Assembly (NCBI GenBank): GCA_965208935.1
Contig: CBDBPR010000003.1
Location: 91,877 to 155,876 of the forward strand
Direction of reading: 5' to 3'
Origin: Longimicrobiales bacterium
Lineage (GTDB): Bacteria > Gemmatimonadota > Gemmatimonadetes > Longimicrobiales > Gaopeijiaceae
Length of the DNA: 64,000 nt
Every line of letters begins with the position of its first letter. Position 1 is the first letter of the stretch. Position numbers and translations under genes: made by a program. Under the pieces are notes generated by a model. It had not been told where the DNA came from, made no database searches, and saw only the letters and a program-made list of their open reading frames with translations. Of this stretch, positions 44,233 to 52,320 are shown in pieces.

Positions 44233-45203
44233 TCAGAACATCTTGCGCCGGAGCCGCTCCGACCGCCAAGTGCCCACCCGGTGCAACAGCCCCCGGCCGG
44301 ACTCCCGAAGAGCCCGATTCTGGAGTTCCGCCAGCCGCACGAGCCCGCCCCGGATGTCGCCGCACACCTCTCGGACCAGCCTCTCGTCCCTGCTGCGGAG
44401 AACATCCTTGATCCACTCGATCTCGCGGTCGATCTCCGGGTCGTAGTCGGACGAGCGCAGGCCCCTCGCCCAGTTGCCGAGCACGGTGTCCGCGCGGCTC
44501 GTCTCCTTCGAGCCCCGCCCGACGGCCACGATCTCGATCTTGCGTTCGCGGTCCCGGAGCATCGCCCACAACTCCCGGTGCGCCGCGCCCCAGGCGCGTA
44601 GCCCCCTCGCGGTCTCGTGACCGGGATCGACATGGACGAAGACGGCGCGCTTCGCGTCCAGCGCGACCGGAAGCCCGAGATGAAAGTGCCGCCGGATGTT
44701 CCCGGCCGCGCCCCGGTAGGTCCGCTGGGGCAGAACCCGGCGCTCGATCCCGAGCGCCTCGAACGCGGCGACCTTCTCGGCCTCGGTCGGCAGCCACGGC
44801 AGGCGGGGATGGTCGAGCACGTAGTCGAGTGCCAGCAGCCGTCGCATCAGCACGTCGCGGGAGGTGATCCGGCGACGCCGATGGAACTCCCCGGCTCCGA
44901 GCGCCCGGAACACTCTGCGGGCTTGGATGCGGCACACGCGGCCGATCTTGCGGACGCCGGCCGGGGCCTCCTCGACGGCCAAGCCCTGCGCGACGAGGGA
45001 GTGGACGGCGCGCCGCACCTTCTCCGGGTGGCAACCCAGGAAACTCGTCCACTGCAAGCGGGTGAAGACGCCGCCGTGAAGGCAGGCCAATGCGATCCAC
45101 TCGGCCCGGCGTCCGGTCCAGCCGAACGCCTCCAGAGCTTTCTCGCGTCCCTTGAGATGGGCGATCAGCGCGGCCTCCCGTGGTTGAAGGACCGGGCGCG
45201 CAT
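44233..45203 (-). pseudogene. Frameshifted (or mis-assembled) gene for a winged-helix protein, possibly replication-relaxation-like
   Basis: A strong start (GGAAGGAG + 5 nt + ATG at 45203) opens a 12-codon ORF ending at the TGA at 45165. The long frame (open from 45216 to 44233) has no ATG/GTG before the TTG at 45090, yet reads sensibly upstream (REAALIAHLKGREKALEAFGWTGRRAEWIALACLHGG). The family call is weak (wHTH-like VFTRLQWTSFLG...VRRAVHSLVAQGLAVEE). Confidence 0.45.
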
Positions 45204-45444
45204 GTGGGCTCCTTCCTCACGCTGCGTGTCACTCCCGTTGGAATCGGGAGAGAGCCCTCGGGCCGCGTCAAGCCGCGCCCGCGAGCGGATGTCCCAAGCG
45301 GTCCAGCCGGATCCCGGATGGAGATCGGCCTTCGGCCACAGTCCCTCCGTCGCGTTCCGGGGGTGTCGGCACTGGTCAAGACGCCCCTTCCGGGCGAAGT
45401 TTCGTTCGCGCAGATCGTGCAGTCCGTCAGTCGAGAGGAATCGA

Positions 45445-46605
45445 ATGATGGCACGCACGAGAAGAAGCCGTCGGAGCTACGGCGCCGGCGAGTGGGGCCG
45501 GAACCGCGTGAGGGTATTTCCCGACCCGAAAACCGGCCTGTTCCAGATAGAGTGGCGCGAGAACGGCCGAAGGCTGAGTCGGTCGCTCAAACACCGCGAC
45601 TGGAGGCGCGCGAAGAGGCAGGCGGACGAGTTTGCCGCCGGGTTCATCGACGCGCCGAACGGCAAGGCGGAGGCCAAGCCCGAGCCGCTCACGCTGGACA
45701 AGCTGTTTGAAATCTACGGTGAAGAGGTGACGCCCACGAAGGCGGAGGCGTCCCAGCGGTCCGACCGGGCCGCGACGAGGATGTTCCTCCGGTTCTTCGG
45801 ACGGGACCGGAGTCCCGAGACGCTATCCCAGCGCGATTGGGACCGGTTCATCCGGGCACGTCGCTCGGGCAGGATCGGGCCAAGCGGAAGGCCGGTGTCC
45901 GACCGCACCATCGAGCACGACCTGAAGTTCCTGATCGCCGTGCTCAACTGGGCGTCCAAGTCCCGGGACGAGCGGGGCAAGCTCCTGCTCGCGTCGAATC
46001 CGCTGAGGGGTCTCAGAACGCCCACGGAGAAGAACCCCACGCGGGTGGTGTTGTCCGAGGAGGAGTACCAGGCGCTTCTCGGGGTGTCCCAAGAGGTGGA
46101 CTGGCGCTTCCGCGTCGCGCTCGTGCTCGCCCACGAGACGGGCCACCGAATCGGGGCCATCCGTCACCTTCGATGGTCTGACATCGACCTCGAAGACGGG
46201 GTGGTGCGGTGGCGCGCGGAGCACGAGAAGACCGGATACGAGCACCGGACGCCGGTGACGGCCGAAGCGTTGGCCGCCCTGCACGAGGCGCGGAAGAGGA
46301 GTTCCGGGCATGAGCACGCTCCGGTGCTGCCCGCGCCGACGGATGGCTCCAAGTGCGCCGGCCGGTCGTTGGTGCGAACTTGGTGGTACAGAGCCCAGAC
46401 GCTGGCGGGGCTCGAACCGAAGCGCGGGAGAGGCTGGCACTCGCTGAGGCGGAAGTTCGCTTCCGACCTCATGGATCAGCCGCTCAAGGTGCTCTGCGAG
46501 TTGGGCGGTTGGAAGACCGCCAAGACGGTGCTTGAGTGCTACCAGCGAGCCGACGAGGGACAGCTTCGGAAGGCACTGGACGCCCGCCGGAGACCTCGAA
46601 GCTGA
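45445..46605 (+). CDS. Tyrosine recombinase / phage-type integrase (copy 2)
   Basis: ATGATG at 45445 follows GAGAGGA. LAHETGHRIGAIRHLRW, GWHSLRRKFASDL and GGWKTAKTVLECY. The upstream 276 aa of track ORF 44617..46605 are antisense to the 44233-45203 gene and were not used. Confidence 0.9.
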   Translation: MMARTRRSRRSYGAGEWGRNRVRVFPDPKTGLFQIEWRENGRRLSRSLKHRDWRRAKRQADEFAAGFIDAPNGKAEAKPEPLTLDKLFEIYGEEVTPTKAEASQRSDRAATRMFLRFFGRDRSPETLSQRDWDRFIRARRSGRIGPSGRPVSDRTIEHDLKFLIAVLNWASKSRDERGKLLLASNPLRGLRTPTEKNPTRVVLSEEEYQALLGVSQEVDWRFRVALVLAHETGHRIGAIRHLRWSDIDLEDGVVRWRAEHEKTGYEHRTPVTAEALAALHEARKRSSGHEHAPVLPAPTDGSKCAGRSLVRTWWYRAQTLAGLEPKRGRGWHSLRRKFASDLMDQPLKVLCELGGWKTAKTVLECYQRADEGQLRKALDARRRPRS

Positions 46606-46617
46606 GGCTCATGAATC

Positions 46618-46666
46618 AGCGGGAGTCAAACAGCGAGAATCGAGCTTACCAATCCCGTAAGCTCAA
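46618..46666 (+). other. Conserved segment downstream of integrase 2 (paralog of 9496-9546)
   Basis: See the entry for 9496-9546. This copy overlaps the last codons of the convergent DUF222-HNH gene. Confidence 0.5.
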
Positions 46667-47796
46667 GGGAAAACAGGAGATCCGATCTTGAACAACACCG
46701 CCGTAACGTTAGGGTTAGCGGTCCCATTGCCCCGGTGTCCCATCCGGACATGCCGGTGTCCCTGGATTTGCCGCGGAAACGCGGGGGCATCCCCTGCGGT
46801 CGCCCCGCCTGCCTGCTCTTCCGCCTCCCACGCCGCCTCGACCGCCTCCCTGACGGCCGCCTCGATCTCCCAGAGTATCGCCGAGTCCACCAGCCGCGCG
46901 GCCCCGTTGTACATCTCCCCGGGCCCAAGCGGGGGCGGGGGCGGCAGGGGCAGCGTCGGCTCCGGCAGCGGTGGCGCGCTCGCGATCATCCCGCCGCTGC
47001 GCGCGAAGAACACCGCCTGGCCGAGCCGGTCGAGCGCCATCCGGACCCGGCCCTCGTGCACCAGCCGGTGATGCCGCCGGCAGAGCAGCACCGTGTTGGC
47101 CAGACTCGTCTCCCCGCCATCGGCCCAGTGCCGGACATGATGCGCCTCGGTGAACCGGCCCCCGCAGCCCGGGTACCGGCAGCCCCGGTCCCGTTCCTCC
47201 AGCGCCCGGCGAATGTGCGGCGGGATCGTCCGCGTCTTCCGCCCCACGCTGACGACCTTGCCCCCCCGGTGCAGCATCGAGACCAGCGACGCGTCGCACG
47301 CCATGCGCCGCGACGTCTCGGCGCTCACCCGCACCCCGTCCAGTTCCGACCGGCCCCCCTCGACGGCCCGCATCAGCACGGCCCCGGCCTCGGGCTCGAG
47401 CCGCTCCCGCACCATCCGCTCCACCGCCGCGGCCGACCCCTTGTCGGCGTATTCGAGCAGCTTGCCCTCGGTCTCGGGCGTGGCCACCCGGGTGATGGCC
47501 CGCGCCTTCGCGTAGGATAGCTGCCCGGCCTTCATCGCGGCCGAGGTCTTCGGCAGGTCCTCGAGCGCATGCGCGACACGCACGTTCTCACGGCAGGTCG
47601 CGACCGTGCGGCCGGTCCTCCAGGCGAGCCACTCGGCGCAGGAGTCGAAGGTGTCGGCCCACCCCTCGCGGCGGTCGAACTCGGCGACGAGGGTGAGCAT
47701 CTCGTGGGTGGCGATGTTGATCCGGGCGGCGAGTTCGGCGATGCGCTCTCCGAGTTGGACGGTGTTCATGTGATCCTCCAGGTCGAGTTCCGGCAA
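46663..47796 (-). CDS. DUF222 + HNH endonuclease domain protein (REP13E12-like selfish-gene family)
   Basis: N-terminal DUF222-like LAARINIATHEMLTLVAEFDRREGW...GQLSYAKARAI. HNH motif CRYPGCGGRFTEAHHVRHWADGGETSLANTVLLCRRHHRLVHEG. Start is ATG 47796 or 47769. Confidence 0.85.
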   Translation of the reverse strand: MPELDLEDHMNTVQLGERIAELAARINIATHEMLTLVAEFDRREGWADTFDSCAEWLAWRTGRTVATCRENVRVAHALEDLPKTSAAMKAGQLSYAKARAITRVATPETEGKLLEYADKGSAAAVERMVRERLEPEAGAVLMRAVEGGRSELDGVRVSAETSRRMACDASLVSMLHRGGKVVSVGRKTRTIPPHIRRALEERDRGCRYPGCGGRFTEAHHVRHWADGGETSLANTVLLCRRHHRLVHEGRVRMALDRLGQAVFFARSGGMIASAPPLPEPTLPLPPPPPLGPGEMYNGAARLVDSAILWEIEAAVREAVEAAWEAEEQAGGATAGDAPAFPRQIQGHRHVRMGHRGNGTANPNVTAVLFKIGSPVFP

Positions 47797-48187
47797 CGGC
47801 TTATGTGAATCGTGCCTGAAATTTAACTATCGATTTTCGGCCTTCTCTGCGGGCCCAGGACGCGAAAAGTCCGGTCACGACGACGCCGAAGGGTCACCGG
47901 GCGTCGTTCGCCCGCCAGCGGGGCTCCCGCGGCTCCTGGCGGCCATCCCTGCACCGGGTCCCGGACCTCGCCGAAGTCGCCATTTCAGAACCCGTCCATA
48001 GCAGGATCGGCCTGCATATGGACGATTTGGGACAGGGGGGCGGCAAAGGGTGCCCGGGAGAGACAATCCCGGAGTCCGCCGGGGAGAGACATCCGGCGAC
48101 CCGCCGAGGCATGGCGCGCCAGCCCGCCGCCCCCGTCAGCCCCACGTTTCCGCGGCAAATCGCGGGACATCCGCATGCTCGTATGGG
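46739..48187. mobile_element. DUF222-HNH gene bracketed by ~50-bp imperfect inverted repeats
   Basis: 46739-46788 (inside the 3' end of the HNH ORF) is the reverse complement of 48140-48187: GCCCC(C/A)(G)CGTTTCCGCGGCAAATC(CA/GC)GGGACA(C/T)C(G/C)GCATG..CG.ATGGG. Confidence 0.35.
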
Positions 48188-48285
48188 CGCGCGTCCAGCA
48201 AATGTGCAGCGGCGCACCCCGGACAAGCACGACCACCGCCGAAACCGCGAACGCACAGGACGCCCAACCATCCGCGCTGTGCCAA

Positions 48286-48435
48286 ACCCCCGCTGCCCGC
48301 GCCGACCTCCCCACCTGCATCACCGAATCCCTACCCGACTGGGACATCCCCGGCTTCGCCGTCGCCGTCGTCCACAAAGACCAGGTCGTCTTCGCGCAGG
48401 GCTTCGGGATCAGGCAGGTCGGCCGCCGTCCCCGA
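48286..48435 (+). pseudogene. Fragment of a serine hydrolase / beta-lactamase-family gene (N-terminal region only)
   Basis: Frame of ORF 48175..48480: ADLPTCITESLPDWDIPGFAVAVVHKDQVVFAQGFGIRQVG is the typical segment that precedes the SxxK motif. The frame has no convincing signal peptide, and the sequence breaks off into AT-rich DNA at ~48440. Coordinates are approximate. Confidence 0.45.
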
Positions 48436-48441
48436 CCGACC

Positions 48442-48485
48442 TATCGCGATATGACACTTTTTTGCCGATATGTCGTATAATACGA
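48442..48485 (+). promoter_or_regulatory. AT-rich sigma70-like promoter with palindromic operators upstream of the PadR gene
   Basis: TATAAT at 48476-48481 with TGACAC/ATGACA at 48451-48457 (17-19 nt spacer). A perfect palindrome TATCGCGATA lies at 48442-48451. A 6+1+6 palindrome TCGTAT-A-ATACGA at 48473-48485 overlaps the -10. Confidence 0.5.
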
Positions 48486-48549
48486 TGTAGATATATCGCG
48501 ACACATCAATCCATCGATGAACCAGCAATCAAACCACGGAGATCAAGCA

Positions 48550-49176
48550 ATGAGATTCGACGATTATCTCGATATCGACAACTGGCCCTGGCCCTTCGGT
48601 TCCGCCGAGCGGCGCGGCCCACGGCAGCGGCAACGGCGCGTGCGCTGGAGATGGTTCGAGCGCGGCGACCTCAAGTTCGCGATCCTCGCCCTCATCGAGG
48701 AGAAGTCGATGCACGGATACGAGGTCATGCAGGCGCTGGAGGAAGAGTCGGCGGGCTGCTACAAGGCGAGCCCCGGTTCCGTGTACCCCACTCTCCAACT
48801 GCTTGAGGACCAGGGGTACGTCTCGTCACGCGACCAGGGCGGCCGCAAGATCTATTCGATCACGGACAGGGGCCGGGCCTACCTGGAGGAAAACCGCGAT
48901 CACGTGGAGCACATCTTCGAGCGCGTCTCCAAGTTCAGCACGCGGTTCTTCGGACGGGACATGAGCCAGCTGACGCGCAAGCTCTCGCGTCTCGCGCGGA
49001 CCACCTTCCAGGGCGCGGTCGGCTGGATCGAGGACGAGCAGCTGTTCAGCGACATGAAATCGGTCCTGGACAAGGCGGTGAAGGACATGGACGCGGCGTG
49101 GGACGCGGCCCGGGAGCGACGTCGGGCCGGCAAGGCGGAGAGGGCCGCGCGGAACGAGGACGCCCCGGCGACCTGA
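48550..49176 (+). CDS. PadR family transcriptional regulator with C-terminal extension
   Basis: LKFAILALIEEKSMHGYEVMQALEE...GSVYPTLQLLEDQGYV...RKIYSITDRG. ATG 48550 follows GGAG at 48538-48541. The alternative ATG at 48517 has no SD. Confidence 0.8.
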   Translation: MRFDDYLDIDNWPWPFGSAERRGPRQRQRRVRWRWFERGDLKFAILALIEEKSMHGYEVMQALEEESAGCYKASPGSVYPTLQLLEDQGYVSSRDQGGRKIYSITDRGRAYLEENRDHVEHIFERVSKFSTRFFGRDMSQLTRKLSRLARTTFQGAVGWIEDEQLFSDMKSVLDKAVKDMDAAWDAARERRRAGKAERAARNEDAPAT

Positions 49177-49251
49177 CACCGACCGGGCACGGCGGGGTGG
49201 CCGCCGCGAGCGAGGAAAGCAGCCGACCCGCGACCGGCCACCCCCGTGCGC

Positions 49252-50082
49252 TCACGCAGGCGGCCGCCAGATGTGCCGCATGTAGCGCGCGGGCGCCTGC
49301 AGGAAGCTCCTGAGTAGCGTCACTCCTTCGAGCCCCTCGTACTCCACGCGCTGGAGCGGCGAGGCGTCGAAGGAGTACAGCGTGGCGCCCGGCACGGCCA
49401 TCAGCACCGGCGAGTGCGTGGCGATCACGAACTGGCCGCCCTCGCCCACCATGTCGCTCATCATCGACACGAAGCCGAGCTGGCTCTGCGGGGAGAGCGC
49501 CGCCTCGGGCTCGTCCAGCAGATAGAGCCCGCCGGGCACGAAACGCGACCGGAACAGGCGCAGAAAACTCTCCCCGTGCGAATTGGCGTCGAGGTCGTCC
49601 CCGTACCGGGACCGCATGGCCGCCAGGGAGCCCAGCGCCGGTCCGCGCGCCAGCTTCCGGGCCAGATCCGAGCGGTCCGCGTACTCGCGGTCGACCTCCG
49701 CCAGCCGTTCCTCCATTTCGGTCTTCATCGCGCCCAGCCGCCGCACGAAGCCGAAGAAGTCCTCCGCTCTCAGGAAAAAGCCACGGTGAGACCGCCCCCG
49801 CCATATCGGCGTCATCACCCGCGCGAGTCTGCGCGGACCCTCCAGCGACTCGTCCACCGCGGCATCGGCGCTGCCCGCGGTCGGCAGGCTCGCGACGATC
49901 GCGAGGGCTTCGAGCAACGTCGATTTGCCGGACCCGTTCTCCCCGGCCAGAATCGTCACCGGTCCCGGAAAGCCCACCTCCCCCAGCCCCTGCAGGGCCG
50001 GAATCGTGAAGGGGAAGCTGCCGTCCTCGCCTCTCGGGGGATGCCCAATGCGAACCCCCGAGAGCATTTGCGATCCGGTCAT
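49252..50082 (-). CDS. Stand-alone ABC-type AAA family ATPase (COG3910-like)
   Basis: FPFTIPALQGL...VTILAGENGSGKSTLLEALA (Walker A), NSHGESFL, LYLLDEPEAALSP (Walker B) and IATHSP. Start ATG 50082. The longer track ORF to 51024 runs antisense into the S9 peptidase gene. Confidence 0.8.
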   Translation of the reverse strand: MTGSQMLSGVRIGHPPRGEDGSFPFTIPALQGLGEVGFPGPVTILAGENGSGKSTLLEALAIVASLPTAGSADAAVDESLEGPRRLARVMTPIWRGRSHRGFFLRAEDFFGFVRRLGAMKTEMEERLAEVDREYADRSDLARKLARGPALGSLAAMRSRYGDDLDANSHGESFLRLFRSRFVPGGLYLLDEPEAALSPQSQLGFVSMMSDMVGEGGQFVIATHSPVLMAVPGATLYSFDASPLQRVEYEGLEGVTLLRSFLQAPARYMRHIWRPPA

Positions 50083-50223
50083 GAAGCCCTTCCGATGGCG
50101 ATTGACCCCGGAGGACCCGGGAAGCGACACCGGAGGATGGGACCCAACCGCCTTGTTGGCAAACGGTGAGGGCCCCATTATGCCCCTCCGTTCGCCTAGC
50201 TCCGCCAGCCCGAGGACATCGCC

Positions 50224-52284
50224 ATGCAGACCGCTCGCGCATCCGCCCCGATCCTTCTGACCGCCGCCGTCCTGTGCGGCATCCTTGCGCCCACCGGCGC
50301 CGGCGCCCAGGACGCTGCCGCCACCGTTGAGGCCGACGCCGCCCCCGCCGACGACCGCTGGACACCCGCGCTCAGCATGCGGTTCCATCAGGTCGGCGGC
50401 CTGGCGATATCGAGTGACGGGAGCAAGGTGGCCTACACGGTGCGCGAGCCGCTCATGGAGGGCGAGAAGTCCGAGTACCTGAGCCACATCTGGGTCGCCG
50501 ACGCCGACGGCAGCCGCAACGTTCAGTTCACGCGCGGCGAGCACTCGGCGGGCAGCCCGGCCTTCTCGCCGGACGGAGCGTGGCTCGCGTTTGCCACGGG
50601 CCGGTCGGGCAGCAGCCAGATCTGGGTCATCGCCATGGCCGGAGGCGAGGCGCGCCAGGTCACCGACGCGAAGCCGGGCGTGGGACAGTTCCGCTGGTCG
50701 CCCGAGGGAGACGCCTTCGCCTTCATCATGCGCGACCCCCAGACCGAAGAAGAGGAGAAGGCGGCGAAAGAGAAGCGCGACGTCGAGATGGTGGACCAGA
50801 ACTTCAAGTACGGCCACCTCTACACCGTCCCCTTCGACCCCGTGGCGACCGAGACCGCCGAGGCCACCCGCCTCACCGAGGGCGACTTCCACGTCACCGG
50901 CTTCGACTGGTCCCCGGACGGGTCGCAACTCGTCTTCGCGCACCAGGCCGATTCCCGCATCAACACCGGCCGCCTTTCCGGCGACATCGCCCTGGTGTCC
51001 GCCAACGGCGGCGACGTCAGCCAACTCGTCACGGGACCCGGTGTCGAGTCATCGCCACGCTGGTCGCCCGACGGTTCACTGATCGCCTACGCGTCGACGG
51101 GAGATCAGCCGGAGCCCGTAGGACTGAGCGACCTGTACGTCGTGGATCCGGAGAGCGGTGACGTGCGGATGCTGCCGGAGACCCCGAACCGCAGCGTGTT
51201 CATCCTCGGTTGGTCCGCCGACTCGGACGAGATCTTCCTCAACGAGTCGCTGGGCACCACCCGACACGTGATCGCGGTCCCGGTCGGCGGGGGCGAGATC
51301 CGCCAGGTCACCGAAGGCGCGGGCGTAGTGGGCGCCACGGCGTTGGCTGCGGGTGCGGGAAGGCTGGCCGTGACCTGGGAGACGAACCACGAACCGCGCG
51401 AAGTCCATGTCACGGGACTGGACGCCTTCCGTCCCGTGCAGCTGAGCAACGTCACCGCCGACGTGCCGCGTCCGCCGATGGGCCGCACGGAACTGCTCGC
51501 ATGGGAGGCGCCCGACGGCACCCCGGTCGAGGGCCTGCTGACCTATCCGGTCGGATACGAGGAGGGAAGCCAGGTCCCGCTGATCCTAAACGTGCACGGC
51601 GGTCCCGCGGGCGTCTTCGCCCAGTCCTTCACGGGGAATCCCAGCATCTACATGATCCAGTACTTCGCCCAGGAGGGGATGGCGGTCCTGCGTCCGAACC
51701 CGCGCGGGAGCACCGGCTACGGCAAGGAATTCCGCTATGCGAACTTCATGGACTGGGGTTACGGCGACCTGTCCGACCTGCTCGCGGGCGTGGACGAGGT
51801 GATCGAGATGGGCGTGGCCCACCCGGACAGCCTGCTGCTGATGGGCTGGAGCTACGGTGGCTACATGACATCCTTCGCCGTCACCCAGACCGACCGTTTC
51901 CGCGCAGCGTCCATGGGCGCCGGCCTGCCCAACCTGGTGAGCATGGTCACGACCACCGACATCGGGGACTACCTCGTGGGCCACATGGGTGAAGAGTACT
52001 TCAACGACTACGAGACCTACGAGAAGCACTCGGCGATCTACCACATCAAGAACGTGACCACCCCCACCCAGGTCATTCACGGTGCCCTCGATCTGCGCGT
52101 GCCGTTCACGCAGGGACAGGAGTTCTACACGTCGCTGCTACGCCTCGGGGTCGACACCGAGTTCGTCGTCTATCCCCGCACGCCGCACGGCCCGACCGAG
52201 CCCAAGTTCCTGATGGACGTGTCGGAGCGGATCCTGGTCTGGTTCAACAAGTACCTGAGGGGACCGCGGCCGACGGCGGAGTAA
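50224..52284 (+). CDS. S9 family serine peptidase (prolyl oligopeptidase / acylaminoacyl-peptidase type) with N-terminal beta-propeller
   Basis: Signal peptide, repeated FSPDG/WSPDG propeller motifs, and the nucleophile elbow GWSYGGYM. The C-terminal IHGALDLRVP region would hold the Asp/His of the triad. Confidence 0.9.
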   Translation: MQTARASAPILLTAAVLCGILAPTGAGAQDAAATVEADAAPADDRWTPALSMRFHQVGGLAISSDGSKVAYTVREPLMEGEKSEYLSHIWVADADGSRNVQFTRGEHSAGSPAFSPDGAWLAFATGRSGSSQIWVIAMAGGEARQVTDAKPGVGQFRWSPEGDAFAFIMRDPQTEEEEKAAKEKRDVEMVDQNFKYGHLYTVPFDPVATETAEATRLTEGDFHVTGFDWSPDGSQLVFAHQADSRINTGRLSGDIALVSANGGDVSQLVTGPGVESSPRWSPDGSLIAYASTGDQPEPVGLSDLYVVDPESGDVRMLPETPNRSVFILGWSADSDEIFLNESLGTTRHVIAVPVGGGEIRQVTEGAGVVGATALAAGAGRLAVTWETNHEPREVHVTGLDAFRPVQLSNVTADVPRPPMGRTELLAWEAPDGTPVEGLLTYPVGYEEGSQVPLILNVHGGPAGVFAQSFTGNPSIYMIQYFAQEGMAVLRPNPRGSTGYGKEFRYANFMDWGYGDLSDLLAGVDEVIEMGVAHPDSLLLMGWSYGGYMTSFAVTQTDRFRAASMGAGLPNLVSMVTTTDIGDYLVGHMGEEYFNDYETYEKHSAIYHIKNVTTPTQVIHGALDLRVPFTQGQEFYTSLLRLGVDTEFVVYPRTPHGPTEPKFLMDVSERILVWFNKYLRGPRPTAE

Positions 52285-52320
52285 CCAGGTTGACTAACCA
52301 TCTGGCTAAGGCTGGTTGGT

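Larger units (their letters stand above)
42571..46666 (+). mobile_element. Module B: R-repeat / OMP gene / inverted R-repeat / frameshifted wHTH gene (minus) / tyrosine integrase / conserved 3' segment
   Basis: Same order and orientation as module A (6891-9546), with one extra minus-strand gene. Homology starts at CTTACGGCCG (42571) and ends near 46666. Confidence 0.4.

Noticed and set aside
44617-45444. Upstream 276 aa of track ORF 44617..46605 as part of integrase 2, and 8284-8325 as part of integrase 1.
   Set aside because: Both integrases align from MVRTKRSRRSYGAGEWG / MARTRRSRRSYGAGEWG with an SD (GAGAGGA) just upstream. The extension at 44.6-45.4 kb is antisense to another gene.
50083-51024. 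The N-terminal 314 aa of track ORF 49252..51024 as part of the ATPase.
   Set aside because: It is antisense to the S9 peptidase gene and lacks motifs. ATPase homologs as I know them start close to the FPFTIPAL segment, which fits the ATG at 50082.
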